NCBI RefSeq assembly: GCF_964204645.1
Contig: NC_134028.1
Coordinates: 2,418,001-2,482,000 of the forward strand
Length of the DNA: 64,000 bases
Reading direction: 5' to 3'
Source of the DNA: Tubulanus polymorphus
Lineage: Eukaryota; Animalia; Nemertea
The notes below the pieces were generated by a model. The model did no database searches and was not told the DNA's origin. It saw only the letters and a program-made list of their open reading frames with translations. Position numbers and translations under genes: made by a program. Below are positions 43,216-55,695 of this stretch, piece by piece. How positions within the stretch are numbered: the stretch's first letter is position 1; each line of letters opens with the position of its first letter.

Positions 43216-44395
43216 GCAACTCTAAACACCTCCCTATGTATCAATATGGGAGAGTAAATCATAGATTTGGTAAGAAATCGATTCTGCATAATATTTATAG
43301 TTGTTGTTTAGATCCAGTATTCATTTGCAATTCTAGATCCAGTTCCACGTGGTGTGATTTAGAATGAACCATCAAACATAATCAAAATCCAGTTCATTCT
43401 CGATCATCTTATCAACTCTGAAAGTTTTGAGTGTAAATTACACCTGCGGAACTGGATTCTAATCACATGCTTCTTTATAGATACTCTATGTATTATATAC
43501 ATGTCATCCTCCCTGGCAGGGTTTCGAACCTGATGGCATCACCCACAAAACTTGTGGCACCAATGAGATTGCTCATTGTATAATCACTGAGGCTAATTTC
43601 ACAGAAAAACCCGGGCTAAGATAAAACAGGATTTCTGATTGGCTAATAATTACATCATCTAAGTTGCACATTCAGGCTAGTGTGGCAGGGTTTCGTACCG
43701 TGCCATCAGGTTCAAATCCCTGCTAAAGGAGCATGTACACATGTACTTTTACAAACATTATTCTTCATTACATTCTCACATATTGTTCGTTTCCTATTCC
43801 TCTTATTCCAGTATGTTTTTCATTTTATAATGTTCAGCAAAAAGTGAATTTCAGCCTTTTTAGAAATTCTATTCGTCACAAAGTCCAGTATTTAGCATAT
43901 GAGAACATTCAATTTTATAGAGCAATAGAGTGAACCTAGACTTCGTACAAAAACCTAGTGCTGAGGTTCAACTATTTTCTATGGTAGTTGCTATCATATT
44001 ATTTATCAATGTACAATATATAAACGATTTCTAAAAATCTTTATTTATACTTTCCCTAATGTAGTGTATGAAATGATTATGCTAATTAGATATAAGTACC
44101 CCCTTATTACGCATAATACTGCTGTCAAAATTCAGAAAGTGAATCGTTTATCTAAATGAATCTACCGGTATATGCTTATAATCATAGATATTAAAAAATT
44201 ACAGACTTTTCATGTTTCAATTGAGAAAACAACTTACCCTGCTTAGTATTTCACCAAATTTACAGATATCTGAAACTCCGTGTAGCGTGTAATGTTTACA
44301 AATGGTATCGATTTCTCATTCCAGTGCCATCTCATCCGCACCCGGCTAACAACCCATACCGTCGCAGCAAGGTGATCAGTTCATTGGTCAGGTGA
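43216..44395 (+). CDS. FAM149B1: Alternative 3' coding exons of FAM149B1-like gene (43216-43269 and 44325-44395)
   Basis: Both exons have good acceptors and are phase-1 compatible with exon 42169-42258. They encode GNSKHLPMYQYGRVNHRF and VPSHPHPANNPYRRSKVISSLVR-stop. Confidence 0.55.
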
Positions 44396-46712
44396 TCGTT
44401 TAATAACTGAACTAAACGTGGATCGAGTAATTCCTATAGGCAGCTGACGAAACTACGCATTCGCTTCATCGCAAACTTGTTTTAAAAACTTGTTATAAAA
44501 CAATGGATTGTCGTCGAGATTATCGAGGAATGCCATCCCTAGTCCAGTATGGCTTTATTTACATGGTATTCATGTATCGGAATCTTCTTGCGTCCATCGA
44601 CACATCATCATCGAAAAACGAGTACTTCGCGTCCAATTGACAATTTCAGTGTTTGGATTGTGAATTCGGTGTATGATATATATAAGCACATCATCAGGAC
44701 GAGATGAATTCATTGCAGTTGTTGCTGATATGAACAGTTAATGCTGCAGGTGTCCGCTGATATCCATAAATCAATGTATAAAGACAATTCTGTTTCATCA
44801 AACTGTTTTCACTTCGTTCAAGCTGTGATATCTATATATACAAAATCATTGCTTTTTAGTCATCGTAGAACACAGAATTTATTTGTGCCTGATTTCTGTT
44901 TCGCACCGACTGATTGTCGCGTACTATTTCAGTACTTCGCGAGCGCTTAAAATTCTAGTGTTGATTATTCTACACCTCAGGGATACAAAGACGAGTGCGT
45001 GGTGAAAAACTTTTTAAAAATAATTATTATTATAAAAGATGAAGTAAGTTTTGTCAAATCAGGGAGCTGGTAATAGACCTGGTCAAATGCACAAACTAAT
45101 TCAGCCAAAATTTAGGATTAGCATCTACTGTAAATAACTTCGAATGGCCCAATATTTTGAAGCTGACTCGTAGATAATGTTAGATTAGTTAGTTAGTTAT
45201 TGTATAATTAAAAGTAATGTTTAGCATTTATTCAAGTCTTTTGATCTCTTTTGAAAGTGAGTTACTACAGATTCGGATAGGAAATCATTATATTATCATT
45301 TTCTATGCACTGCAGTAGTAGTGCGCATGCAGGACACATTGATGAACGTCTGAATCATGATATCAAATTAACGTACTTATTCAAGAGCAGCAGCAGCAGC
45401 ATCGGTTTTTTATTGATGTTTTTGAAATAAATGAATATTATACATAGGTCAAATTGTAGTATATTTGTAAATGAAATTGTAAATAGAATAGATTATAATA
45501 TGTACAGAACGTATAAAATCTCTAACATTAGTTTTCATATGAATTAGCTAATCTACTAATATCGGTTTTAATGTTTTTAAAACTTTTATATTGAAAAACG
45601 CATTCTAGGCTTCATCCTGCTAACTGACTGGATATATCGTTCAGTACGTTGGATCAACTGGAAATATTTGGAGGTGAGAAGTAAGCTAATCGGTGTGTAA
45701 AAGTTCACTGATTGTAAGTTTAACTCCAGGTGCTGGTTTTATAGAGGTCAGTTTAAACTTGAACTCGGTCGACTGAAGGAGTTGAATTAATGCATAACTG
45801 TTTTCATAAAACCTCTTCCTGTGCTAAAAAAGCAAAGATGAATTTTCGAAGTGTTGGATGAATGAAGAAGTCACATTTGGTTATGTTATACAAAATGCTC
45901 TACCGGTATTTATAATATTTCGCCAAAATTGGCATCGGCCTCCAACCTCATCTGTGCAGAATTTTCAACATTTTCTTCAAATATAAAAGATAGTGATTTG
46001 AATTGTTATTATTTATTATTATTATCATTATATGATTATTATTATTATCATTATGTACTTAAAAAGAGAAAGGTACTTGTATCTTGGTCTTAAATGAAAT
46101 AAAGTTGAAATAATTTTTTGTAGAAAATTTCCTGTGTTTATTTAAATATTTATTTAACATCTGAACCTAGTGAATCGGTTGTGAGTAAAGATTCGACTTA
46201 AGGGTTAAAATAAGACACGTGAAAAGAGCTGATATGAAATGAGCTAGTTTCATTTTACACGGGAACGTGTGAGTCGTGGTGACCCAGCTAGGTGGTGGCT
46301 TAGTTCACATTTCCACCGTCAGTGATAGGGGCAGCACTTGACGGTACTAGTATTTATTCTATACAGCGGCGCTAAACATATTTTCTAAAAAGTGCAGCCT
46401 TCGATAATTCGACCGTGATCCACGTGAAAAAATACCATTAGTGCATGATGTGCTGATTTAAATCAACAGGTAAACTGATTATTTTACTGTACGTCGAAAA
46501 AATGCCTCTAGATCCAAGCCGTGAGCATTCCATTAATTTTTGAAGTTAACCATGCATAATACTAACTAATGTCAATGAGACATGGAAAATATGCAAAAAA
46601 CGTCGAATTTACTTTTAAATTTTTTTTCACTTTCAATTTCATTTTTTTAGGTTTTCCAACAGACCGTTTCACATCTTACTGAAGGGAAGAAGGCAGAGAA
46701 TACTTAGTGAAA

Positions 46713-48374
46713 ATGAGACTCGCGTTGCAAAGTTTTCGAACCGTTTTACTGTTAAGCAGGAGAATTCTGCCGCAAAGAACTAGACGAATATCTCATAACG
46801 ATATTAATAGTCTTCGGAAAATCTCATTGAGTCGAGCGCTGTCAACTTCGAAATGTTTTTATGACGAGAAAAACAATGAAGCAGATATAAACACACCAGA
46901 AGATGTAGAAAAGGCCGGAATAACAAAAAGTCGATGGGCTGAAGTACCGATCGAACAGATCACTTTGAAAGAAATCGGTCTGATGACTAAAGATGAACAG
47001 ATTCATATCGCTGATCGTTGGTTCGAATCATTGACGTCCGAACAGAAAAAATATTACGACCTCATGAAAATGGAGTACGACGTAATGTTGTCGACTGGTC
47101 ACCACGTTCCTAGACAGATGGAGATGTATATGTGGATGAAAATATGCATGGATCCGTCATACGCTAATCGTCGCCGTACGTATAAATACCTCGCGATCGT
47201 CGAGCAACAAGGTTTGAAAGCCGAGAAAAAACGATTGAAAAAACGCGAACATTTAGAATCGCTGCCGAAGACCGAATACCGCGACGAGGACGGCGGATTT
47301 CATTATACGACGTTCAGACGTAACTCATTCTTACAACGAATCGAACGACCGATGATGAATCGATTTTACTACAACAATATCTACAACGCGTTACTATGGG
47401 GACAGAAACTCGTGTTCGATTTCGACTACGACGATATCATGCGTCCGCGAGATATCACGAATATGATCGATCAGTTTCTCGAATCGCACGGACACAATCG
47501 CGTTCACCGCGATCCGTTTTATTTCTATGTGTGTAACGCGTCGCCCGATTCGGCGTCGGTGCAGCGTCTCTACCGCAGCGCGTCGGGAATCGACGAATAC
47601 CCGTTCACCGTCACCGAGAAAAGCTACTTAGATATATTTCCACGTGATAAGTTAGTTTACTTGTCACCGAATGCACCGGCGATGCTCGAGGACTATAATC
47701 ACGATGATGTGTATATCGTCGGTGGATTAGTCGATAAGATTGTCTGTCAACCGGTTACGATGGCAAAAGCGAAGCGCGAAGGCATTCGTATGGCCAAGTT
47801 ACCAATTGATCTTTATTACAGGTATGTCTGTCTAATTTATTATCGACGACTACATTAACCAATAATTTCTACCCGATTGAGAAACTTAACTGTGGTTTTG
47901 CTTTGAAAATGTTCTGTTCATCCAAAACAGCTTATTTTGGCTTTAAGACTGCTCCGAAATAAGAACCAGAGTAAAGAATGGATTGAGTTTGTGTCACTTT
48001 GCTCTGTATAATTACTTATGTTCCAATGATGAAGCAGTAATCATTTTCTAATGACAACCCCCACTTCCCTGAATTAGACAAATTTTACTGCTTTACTGAA
48101 AATTATTCATTACTGAAATGATACTGTATGTTTCTATTTTTTCCAATGCAGATTTGTCAGCGGATCGAAGTCTTTGTCGTTGGATCAAATAACGCGTATT
48201 CTTTTAGATATGAAAGACACGGGTGATTGGACGACGGCACTTCGTCATATTCCCAAACGTAAAGTTATACCGATGTCGGAAATTCGCGAGGAAGAACGAC
48301 GACGTGATGAGAGGAGGGCCGAGGCCATGCGTAAACGAGCAACGCGTAACAGAAGATCAAACTACCATTACTAG
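46713..48374 (+). CDS. TRMT10C: Mitochondrial tRNA m1R9 methyltransferase / mito RNase P protein 1, ~443 aa; exons 46713-47821, 48152-48374
   Basis: Arg/Leu/Ser-rich mitochondrial presequence and SPOUT motifs GQKLVFDFDY, SYLDIFPRDKLVYLSPNA, DVYIVGGLVDK, MAKAKREGIRMAKLPID. After a phase-2 intron: GSKSLSLDQITRILLDMKDTGDWTTALRHIPKRK. Likely 5'UTR intron at 46470-46650. Confidence 0.93.
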
Positions 48375-49077
48375 TTGAATCAGTTGCTTAGAATCATGTG
48401 TTATTACATTAAGATTGATATGTATCATTTTGCGGCAAGTGGCTCAAAAGTTGGGGAAAGTTAACCACTAGATTGATGCTCTAGTGACATTTGAAAGTGA
48501 ACTCTAACCAACTTTAAGCAACTAGCCCATTACTAGTACTACCGTATGTTTAATAATAAAACTTTTTATGAATAAGATCTAAATTGTTACATGTTTGAAA
48601 TACTAAATGCTGTTGTTCAGGGTCCCAACAACTCCTTGAAATTGGAAATGTTTGTACGGCAGTTGTACAGTGAACTACGCCTTAATTGGTGCAATGGGTG
48701 TGTGTACTGTTATTGGTATGTGAAAGTGATGCTGAAGCTTTCTCAAAATTTTCTCCTTTCAAAACTCATTATATCCGGGAATGACAAATCTGCTGTTGGA
48801 ATAATCGATAGATTGTGTTGCTTTATTGGCGTATCGACTTGAACTGTTGTCAAAAGATCTCGACCAAGTAGAATAGAATAGCAGAAATAAGTTTACAAAC
48901 GAAAATGTAAAAGATATGATTTATAATTTATTCAACACAATCGATAATGATATACATGCCACAACACTTGCTAGGTTTAAGATGTATAAAAAAGAGAGCA
49001 AATGCTCAAGATTCAGACACAAAACTGAGCCCAAAAAGTAAACTAATTTATAACAACTTATTCTAGATATGTGTATA

Positions 49078-50460
49078 TCATTCAACATCTGGTTCAACAT
49101 TGTCATAAATACTGAGAACTGGATCTTCGAAGTTATCCAGTTTATCGTACAAAATCGATAAAAATTCTAGTTGATTTTTGTTTAATTTTACAAAGTTCGT
49201 CGGTACATATTCCAGTTTCGAATGCGTAACAGTTTTTCCCGTCGTAGACTCCAAATGTTTTGTCATTTTGTGGAGATCTTTGGTGTCGCAATGAAACTGA
49301 AACGTACGAAGTAGAAGCAACAATTAGATATTCAGTACATTTCCGATCTATAGCCTTCATACATACTTAAAGTTGACCCCGCCGGCTGCACCCTGTACAT
49401 TACTTTATAAAAATCATGATCAAGCTAACCACAACCGATAAGAAGAAACAAGGTATAATTTTTTAGCCTGAATATCTCGGGACTCGCTTACAAATATGGA
49501 CTCACTTCATAGACATTTCTTCCTGATGAATCTAACACTGATTGAACATCTTCAGCTCCTGCCTCAATGGCGTGTTCCATCGCTGTATCCAAATTTTCTT
49601 CACCCTCATATGGTAAATGCGCGATGCCTTTGTAATCGAATGAGAATCTCGTCATACCGTTATCTAGCAATTGCCCTCTGAAAAATATAAACTCATCTTT
49701 TACAAATCTTAAATCTAGAACATGTTCGAAATTTAATCGTGTTGGATTTATTACAGTGGCACAAACCCTGTGGATTTTAGAATGTTTTGAATTTTTTGTC
49801 TAGTACGTGTGGCTTTATCAGTCAATACTTCAACAATAAGGAAACAGTTGCCGGGCCCTTTCATCTCTACGTGTATCACTTTTCCATCTTTACTCTTTTC
49901 GCCCTGAATTATAAGTATTTTGGTGAAGTAGTAACATTCACTTATCCTGGACCAAATATTCGAACTACTTAAAGCGAGATATTACGGCATTTGATTTGCA
50001 CTCACGGCACGTTTTAAAGCATTTTGAATCGTTGATTTTGGAACATCTTTCGATTCTGCTTCGAGAATCGCGCGTTCCAACTGACGATTCAGTTTCGGAT
50101 CTGCACTTCCACCTTCTAAAATAAACGAAACCAAAATCAAACTTCCTACATCAAGAACACGTTTTTTTCAGTCGAAAAAATGGACAGATTGAATAACCCA
50201 CCCTTTATTGCTATATTCATTTTGAGTACAATTTTTGAGGTCATATTCATTCTTTCTTTGTCTTTCGCTGCTTTGATATGTCGGATATTCTGCCACTTGC
50301 TGTGTCCGGCGTATAACTTGATATTTGTATAAAAACTAGCCACATGTTGACGTTGGATAACTGCCCCACTGTAGCGAGAACTAGCCGCGTGACGAGTCAT
50401 AAATGATATTGTCGATGACAGGTTTCCTCTCAAACTCTGAGTCGCTATGATTAGTGACAT
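49078..50460 (-). CDS. TACO1: Translational activator of cytochrome c oxidase 1 (YebC/PmpR family), ~298 aa; exons 50460-50202, 50115-50006, 49903-49767, 49677-49506, 49296-49078
   Basis: AGHSKWQNIRHIKAAKD hallmark after a mitochondrial presequence, then GGSADPKLNRQL, VPKSTIQNALKR, EMKGPGNCFLIVEVLTD, AIEAGAEDV and C-terminal VLSIYDNVE. All introns are GT-AG and in frame (897 nt). Confidence 0.95.
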
Positions 50461-50710
50461 AATGGAGGAGATTCTAGATGCTTTGTGCCGCCAAAAAACT
50501 AATAAAGCCAAACCCAGTCAGGCAGTAGTGAATAGTGGTTGATTGACAGCTAGTTTCTGTTGGCGGTCAGTTCCAGAAGTTAAAAAGTAATGGTTCTTAC
50601 TTTTGCTAATTTGGACCAACGTTAAAATGATTTGAAAGTTATTTCAAGCAGAGAATCCGCCGTAAGAATCCTTTGAGATTGAGTACAACCCTTCCTCTAT
50701 CAATTCTTGC

Positions 50711-50741
50711 ACTTCCGGGTATGCATGGAAGTCGCCATTTT
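50711..50741 (-). promoter_or_regulatory. Putative TACO1 promoter: ETS/GABP and YY1-type motifs
   Basis: ACTTCCGG (50711-50718) and CGCCATTTT (50733-50741), ~250 bp upstream of the ATG. Confidence 0.45.
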
Positions 50742-51717
50742 GAACGGTCACATGATTAAAGAGAGAGGCGGCAGCACTTTACGGGTAAATAGTTTGTCCA
50801 ACATGGGGTCGACTCTATTATCACGCCCGGATGATTCGATGATATCGTTGAAAAAGAGTACAATCGGAGAAGCGGCATCGGAGAATGACTGTACTATCAC
50901 ATAATAGACTGGTTGCGTGTCGAATTCTGAGCCTAGACTGGTTGCCTGTTTTAATGCTATGCTGAATGTGTATGATTCGACAAGGCTCCTGGGGCGTTCA
51001 AAGACTATTAGGCTTTGATATTCTCAATTAATCAAGACTGAAGCCACTTTCTAAATAGAGTTAGACTGAATTCGAATTTAGATTGATGATAGTCTTGGCA
51101 TCTGAATTTCGATGATCGTATGTTTCATTTCATGCATTTTAAAAGTCTTTTTTTCTCAATGTGAGCGATTTTTAACAAAACTTTTTATGGCAAATCTTGC
51201 GAAATGTTTACGCAAAGTGGTTTGTATACTACACCCGTTATCATTGATTTATTAAACGATAACTATCATAAAAAAACGGTGGGCGATAATTCTGCAAGAT
51301 TTCAAACTATCATTACCGTCAGCGCGAACGTTGTAGAAAAATACCGCTCAAAAACAATTTTCAACAACTCCTCTGTGAACGCCCCTATAGTGGGGGATGT
51401 TTATTGAAATATCTACACTGCTATTTCCCGCACACGAAATGTTTTGAAAGCTTGCAAAAATGACATCTCAAATAAATTAGAACAGAAATAAATTACTTAC
51501 TATCTAAAAGCAGGTAATAGAATTTAATGGACCGTTTAGAAGCGTTGGGGTGTAACCCTATGTGATTATCGGTGATGTGTAAAGTTTTTAACAGTGTGGT
51601 GCGATATGAAGTCAAACATAAAAATCATTTGACAACATTTTAGAGAAAATGGATCGTTTAATGTGACTTAAAGAAAGGTGCATAGGAATTTTTGATTTGC
51701 TATTTTGAAAGATAGAC

Positions 51718-52707
51718 ATGGCTGGAAATGTTTCGAGCGGACGTGCAGCGACTAGAGACTTCATCTCATTCACAAACATCTACCGCGCGTATATATTTCC
51801 TGTGATTGTATTTAGTGGTATCGCTGGGAATTGCATTTCGCTGGTCGTCTTTCCTCGTTTGAAGCGTCACGACAAATCGACGGCGCATTATCTAAGTTTT
51901 TTAGCTGCCAGTGACTTGCTCAATATACTTTCAAACGGCTTAATTGATAGTTGGCTGTACAACGCTCTACGAGATATCGGGGCAGCTAACGTCAACGTTT
52001 TAGGATCCAGTAGCGTCGTCTGTAAATTATTAAGATATATCTGGTATGTAACTACGTTTACATCGACCTGGAACTTAACCCTGTTTAACGTCGAAAAATG
52101 TATCGCCATCAGATACCCGATGAAACGTAGTAGAATTGTTACATCTAAACGACGAAAACGTGCCCTGTTTGTAGTACTAGCGGTCGGCTGTCTGATAAGG
52201 GCTCCTTTTCTACACTCATATGATATCGTATTGAACAAAAATGGTGAACTTGAATGCAGCTTATTGTTCAAACGTTTGACGTCTTACGGTACACTTCTAA
52301 TGATTTTGTTTGAATGGCTAACATCTTTTATCATACCATGGCTGGCGATCACAGTTTCCAGTATTTTCATTATGGCCGCCATTTTTAAATGGCGCAAGGA
52401 AAGACTGATTGCATACACCGGCGGGAGTGGTACAAAACAATCGTATAAATTCGTGCTTAATCTGACATCTGTATCGGCCATTTTTCTCATCACAGTTTCG
52501 CCGGCTATTGCTCTATGGGGAATGTTCTGGCTGCAGCATTTCTTCAAAGTTACATTTGGAATTGAAAGCAAATACGACGTACTGAAACTAGCGCTGATTT
52601 CGACTAATGTGCAAGACTTGAATTTTTGTCTGAACTTTTTCATCTACGTCATATGCCTAGATTTCTACCGCGCCGAGGTTCGTTACATATTGCTCAGATG
52701 CTGCTAG
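51718..52707 (+). CDS. Intronless rhodopsin-like (class A) GPCR, divergent peptide-receptor-like / candidate chemoreceptor
   Basis: 329-aa ORF with seven hydrophobic segments: TM1 GN, TM2 LAASD, Cys at the top of TM3 and in ECL2, EKC(IAIRYP) at the DRY position, NFFIY in place of NPxxY, helix 8 FYRAEV, N-terminal NVS sequon. Confidence 0.9.
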   Translation: MAGNVSSGRAATRDFISFTNIYRAYIFPVIVFSGIAGNCISLVVFPRLKRHDKSTAHYLSFLAASDLLNILSNGLIDSWLYNALRDIGAANVNVLGSSSVVCKLLRYIWYVTTFTSTWNLTLFNVEKCIAIRYPMKRSRIVTSKRRKRALFVVLAVGCLIRAPFLHSYDIVLNKNGELECSLLFKRLTSYGTLLMILFEWLTSFIIPWLAITVSSIFIMAAIFKWRKERLIAYTGGSGTKQSYKFVLNLTSVSAIFLITVSPAIALWGMFWLQHFFKVTFGIESKYDVLKLALISTNVQDLNFCLNFFIYVICLDFYRAEVRYILLRCC

Positions 52708-53721
52708 TTGATGGATATAATCCGACAGTTGAAAACACATGGCTTTCGATCGTGGATATGAAAACTCATATTATCAACTCATACCATTTTACAGGTGTTT
52801 ATTTTGCTCACCCGGTAATGGATATCAACTGCACTACAACCGTTTGCAAACAGCGTTCCGGTAACTGTCGGTAAAACAATTCAAAATGAGTCAACTTTGT
52901 GTAAGCTTTATACTCCAGGGGCCCTGTGCAAATAAATGATTTATCTATTTTTAATGAGAAAAGTTGCTCCGGCATAAATCATAACGGATTGAATGATGGA
53001 ATCTGAATTCGGAACGAAATACACAAAAAGAAATAAGGAATAAGTACGCGGGAAGAGGGGGGTTATTATATAGCAAATTTGGAAAATTCCACCATATGTT
53101 GCAACCGCAGCGCAGTGCTCACACTTTTCAAAGTTGTAATCGAACGCTTTCGAGGCGAGTATTAATTTCTTCACGCTTACCGATCAAGCATCCGATAAAA
53201 TCCATCTATTTTATTTATTTATTTATTTCCTGAATAATTCACTTCAATAGACACCAGATTTACAAAATTATAGTGTATAATTATTTTGCTTTATACATGA
53301 ATATAAATCTACCACGCAAGCGTTTTGTATGAATATCATTAGAGAGCGTAGCATTTTTAAATAGTCGACATGACAGAATTTGTCCCATGGCACGTACATT
53401 ATGAATGAAGAATTATTTAGCTAGATTAATTACAAATAGAATTGTTACAACGTTAATGCCACATTGTTAATATTTACGTAGTTAGACTTGGTTTGCCGAA
53501 TCTAATCGGAAGTTATTGTCAAACTTAACCGAGGTATAGTAAATATCCCGAATTAGTTCTCATCGTTTCGACAAGAAGACCTGCAAAAAACCACACATTC
53601 ATGATGCACATGTAATATGAACTAATACATATCCGATTCCTTAATTGTCATCTGGAGATTATAGTTGATAATAGAAATTTAGACGTACGGCGAAGAGTAA
53701 AGAGCCCGGTGAAGAGCATTT

Positions 53722-55695
53722 TCAGGACAAGGTGCTGTTCGAACACTCTGAGTTCGGTCCGCTATTTTCGGCCTGTTTGAACTGTATAACTATGATGAGA
53801 TAAGTAAGCAACGTGCCAAGAACCTGCAAAAATAGATTTTAGCTAAGATAGCAAAATTCACAGTTGTTTTTTTGTATTCACCCGGAGCATTAGGAACTGA
53901 ATAAAATACATAAATTCAATCAGGCGTGGTGGGTGGGAATGCCCCCCTTTTTGAAATAGATGTATCTGCTTGCTTTGCGTTTAGGGATTTAATAGTTATT
54001 TCCTGTGCTTAACAAAAATATTGCGGTTAAAGCTCGTGAAAACGCCTCAGCCCATCTGTCCCAAATCTTCAGAATCTTTTTGGATGTGGGCCTTCAAATC
54101 CTTCGCCTTGAGCTCTCTGGCCCCACTCCGTCAAATCCAAACCGTTTTCAAGATCTTTGTAGCGCCCACGAGAAACCTATATTCAAATATACTGTATTTA
54201 CCGAAAGTAAGAAATCAGCATCAATTACGAAGAGTCCCAATCCACTAAATCCAATCGAAGGGCCATTTAAACGTTGCAGGAACATGATCAACTAAAACAA
54301 AAATAATAGAGACTAGTTTTAGAATGAATTTAAATCCATGATCAAAACTCAACTATTTCATACCTTGACGTTAACCTGGAGGAGCGCATTTGAACATTGC
54401 TTTTTTTTCGCGCTATACAAATTTTATTATTATCATCATTATTATTATCATTATTATTATCATCGTTATCGTCATCGTCATTATCATTATTATGATAATT
54501 ATTATTATTATCAATACAATGCCTTCATTTACCTCATTTGCATCTTTATCTGATAATGTATGTTGATTAATGGTATAGACCTCTTCAGCAGGGGCATGAG
54601 CCTGTAGACATAAATTGAATGTATTCTTTATTATACTGTTAATATGTAACTGTTCAGAATCGTAAGCAGGAACAGTCTTACCTCATTGTTTACCATCAAA
54701 CCAAGTACAGTTAGACACAAAAGACACATTATCGATGTCAATAACCAGATGATCAACGCCGTCAAAACTTCGATTTTCACATATCCCTGTTTGATAATGT
54801 CGTAAACTACAAGACATTTCATTATTAACGACGACACGTAACCAGCCACGATATAGAATGAGAAATAACTGCGTATCGGTTTCAGAAATTCACAGATTTT
54901 TGTGTGCCATCCTCTGAAATATTGTGAGGATTTACTGCTATCGGGCGACGATATTTTACCTTCACGAATCGAGTCTGTTAGACGCGCGTTCAAATTTGCG
55001 AATTCCTGTCGGACGAGATTTGCACAAACAACGAACAACGGTATTATAGTTTGCGTTACGAGGTTGCCGAACATCTGAACAACAGTAAGAAATGGTACGA
55101 AATACGATAGATTCGGGTCTAAGATGGATATTGGAGAGATATACGATGGCATGGATGCAAAATACGATTTTGGCATGAAGGCAGTAGACATACCACCTAA
55201 TATCCCCGTCACCACTAAGGATATTATAAATCCACACGAGATTTTTACCCATTTTCTTATTGATACAATAAGACTTTCATCCTTGTCGTCATCGTGTTTA
55301 TGATCATTCAGTTTCGCCCACAAAAGGCAAAATTCCTGAAACCAGCATTTCTTTGCCGCATACATCAACGCGATATGAACGGCCAGCGACAGCAACGAAA
55401 ACATTCCGAAAATGAACTGTATTCCGAATGACCTTTTGGTTCCAGCCCATAGTCTCCTGTCAAAATAAACTAAAATCATCCTCGAAAAATCCGTAAGGTT
55501 TATGAAAACGGTCGTGAAACAGTAGATTTTGTGAATTTTCCCGGCCATAGTGTAAGTCATCGTCTCATCGTACCAGGTACCGCATACTTTCATACAAATC
55601 ATCAACGGTCGAAAACAAATCCACAAACGGTTTTCAGCGATTGATTTGGCAGAATTTGACGTCGATTGTAACGTTTCCATTCTTGTCGAAGACAT
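53722..55695 (-). CDS. Gustatory receptor-like (GRL/7TMIC) protein, type A copy 1, ~424 aa; exons 55695-54682, 54601-54533, 54291-54202, 53823-53722
   Basis: Large multi-TM first exon followed by three phase-0 introns. The C-terminus LIMFLQRLNGPSIGFSGLGLFVIDADFLLS/VLGTLLTYLIIVIQF carries the TYhhhhhQF TM7 signature of the insect GR/GRL superfamily. Confidence 0.88.
54424..54512. repeat. (ATT/ATC)n microsatellite in intron 2 of GRL type A copy 1
   Basis: Degenerate trinucleotide run. Confidence 0.9.

Noticed and set aside
51888-52643. Two >100-aa minus-strand ORFs
   Set aside because: Antisense shadows of the GPCR.
54338-54553. His/Tyr-rich ORF
   Set aside because: Microsatellite in a GRL intron, on the opposite strand.
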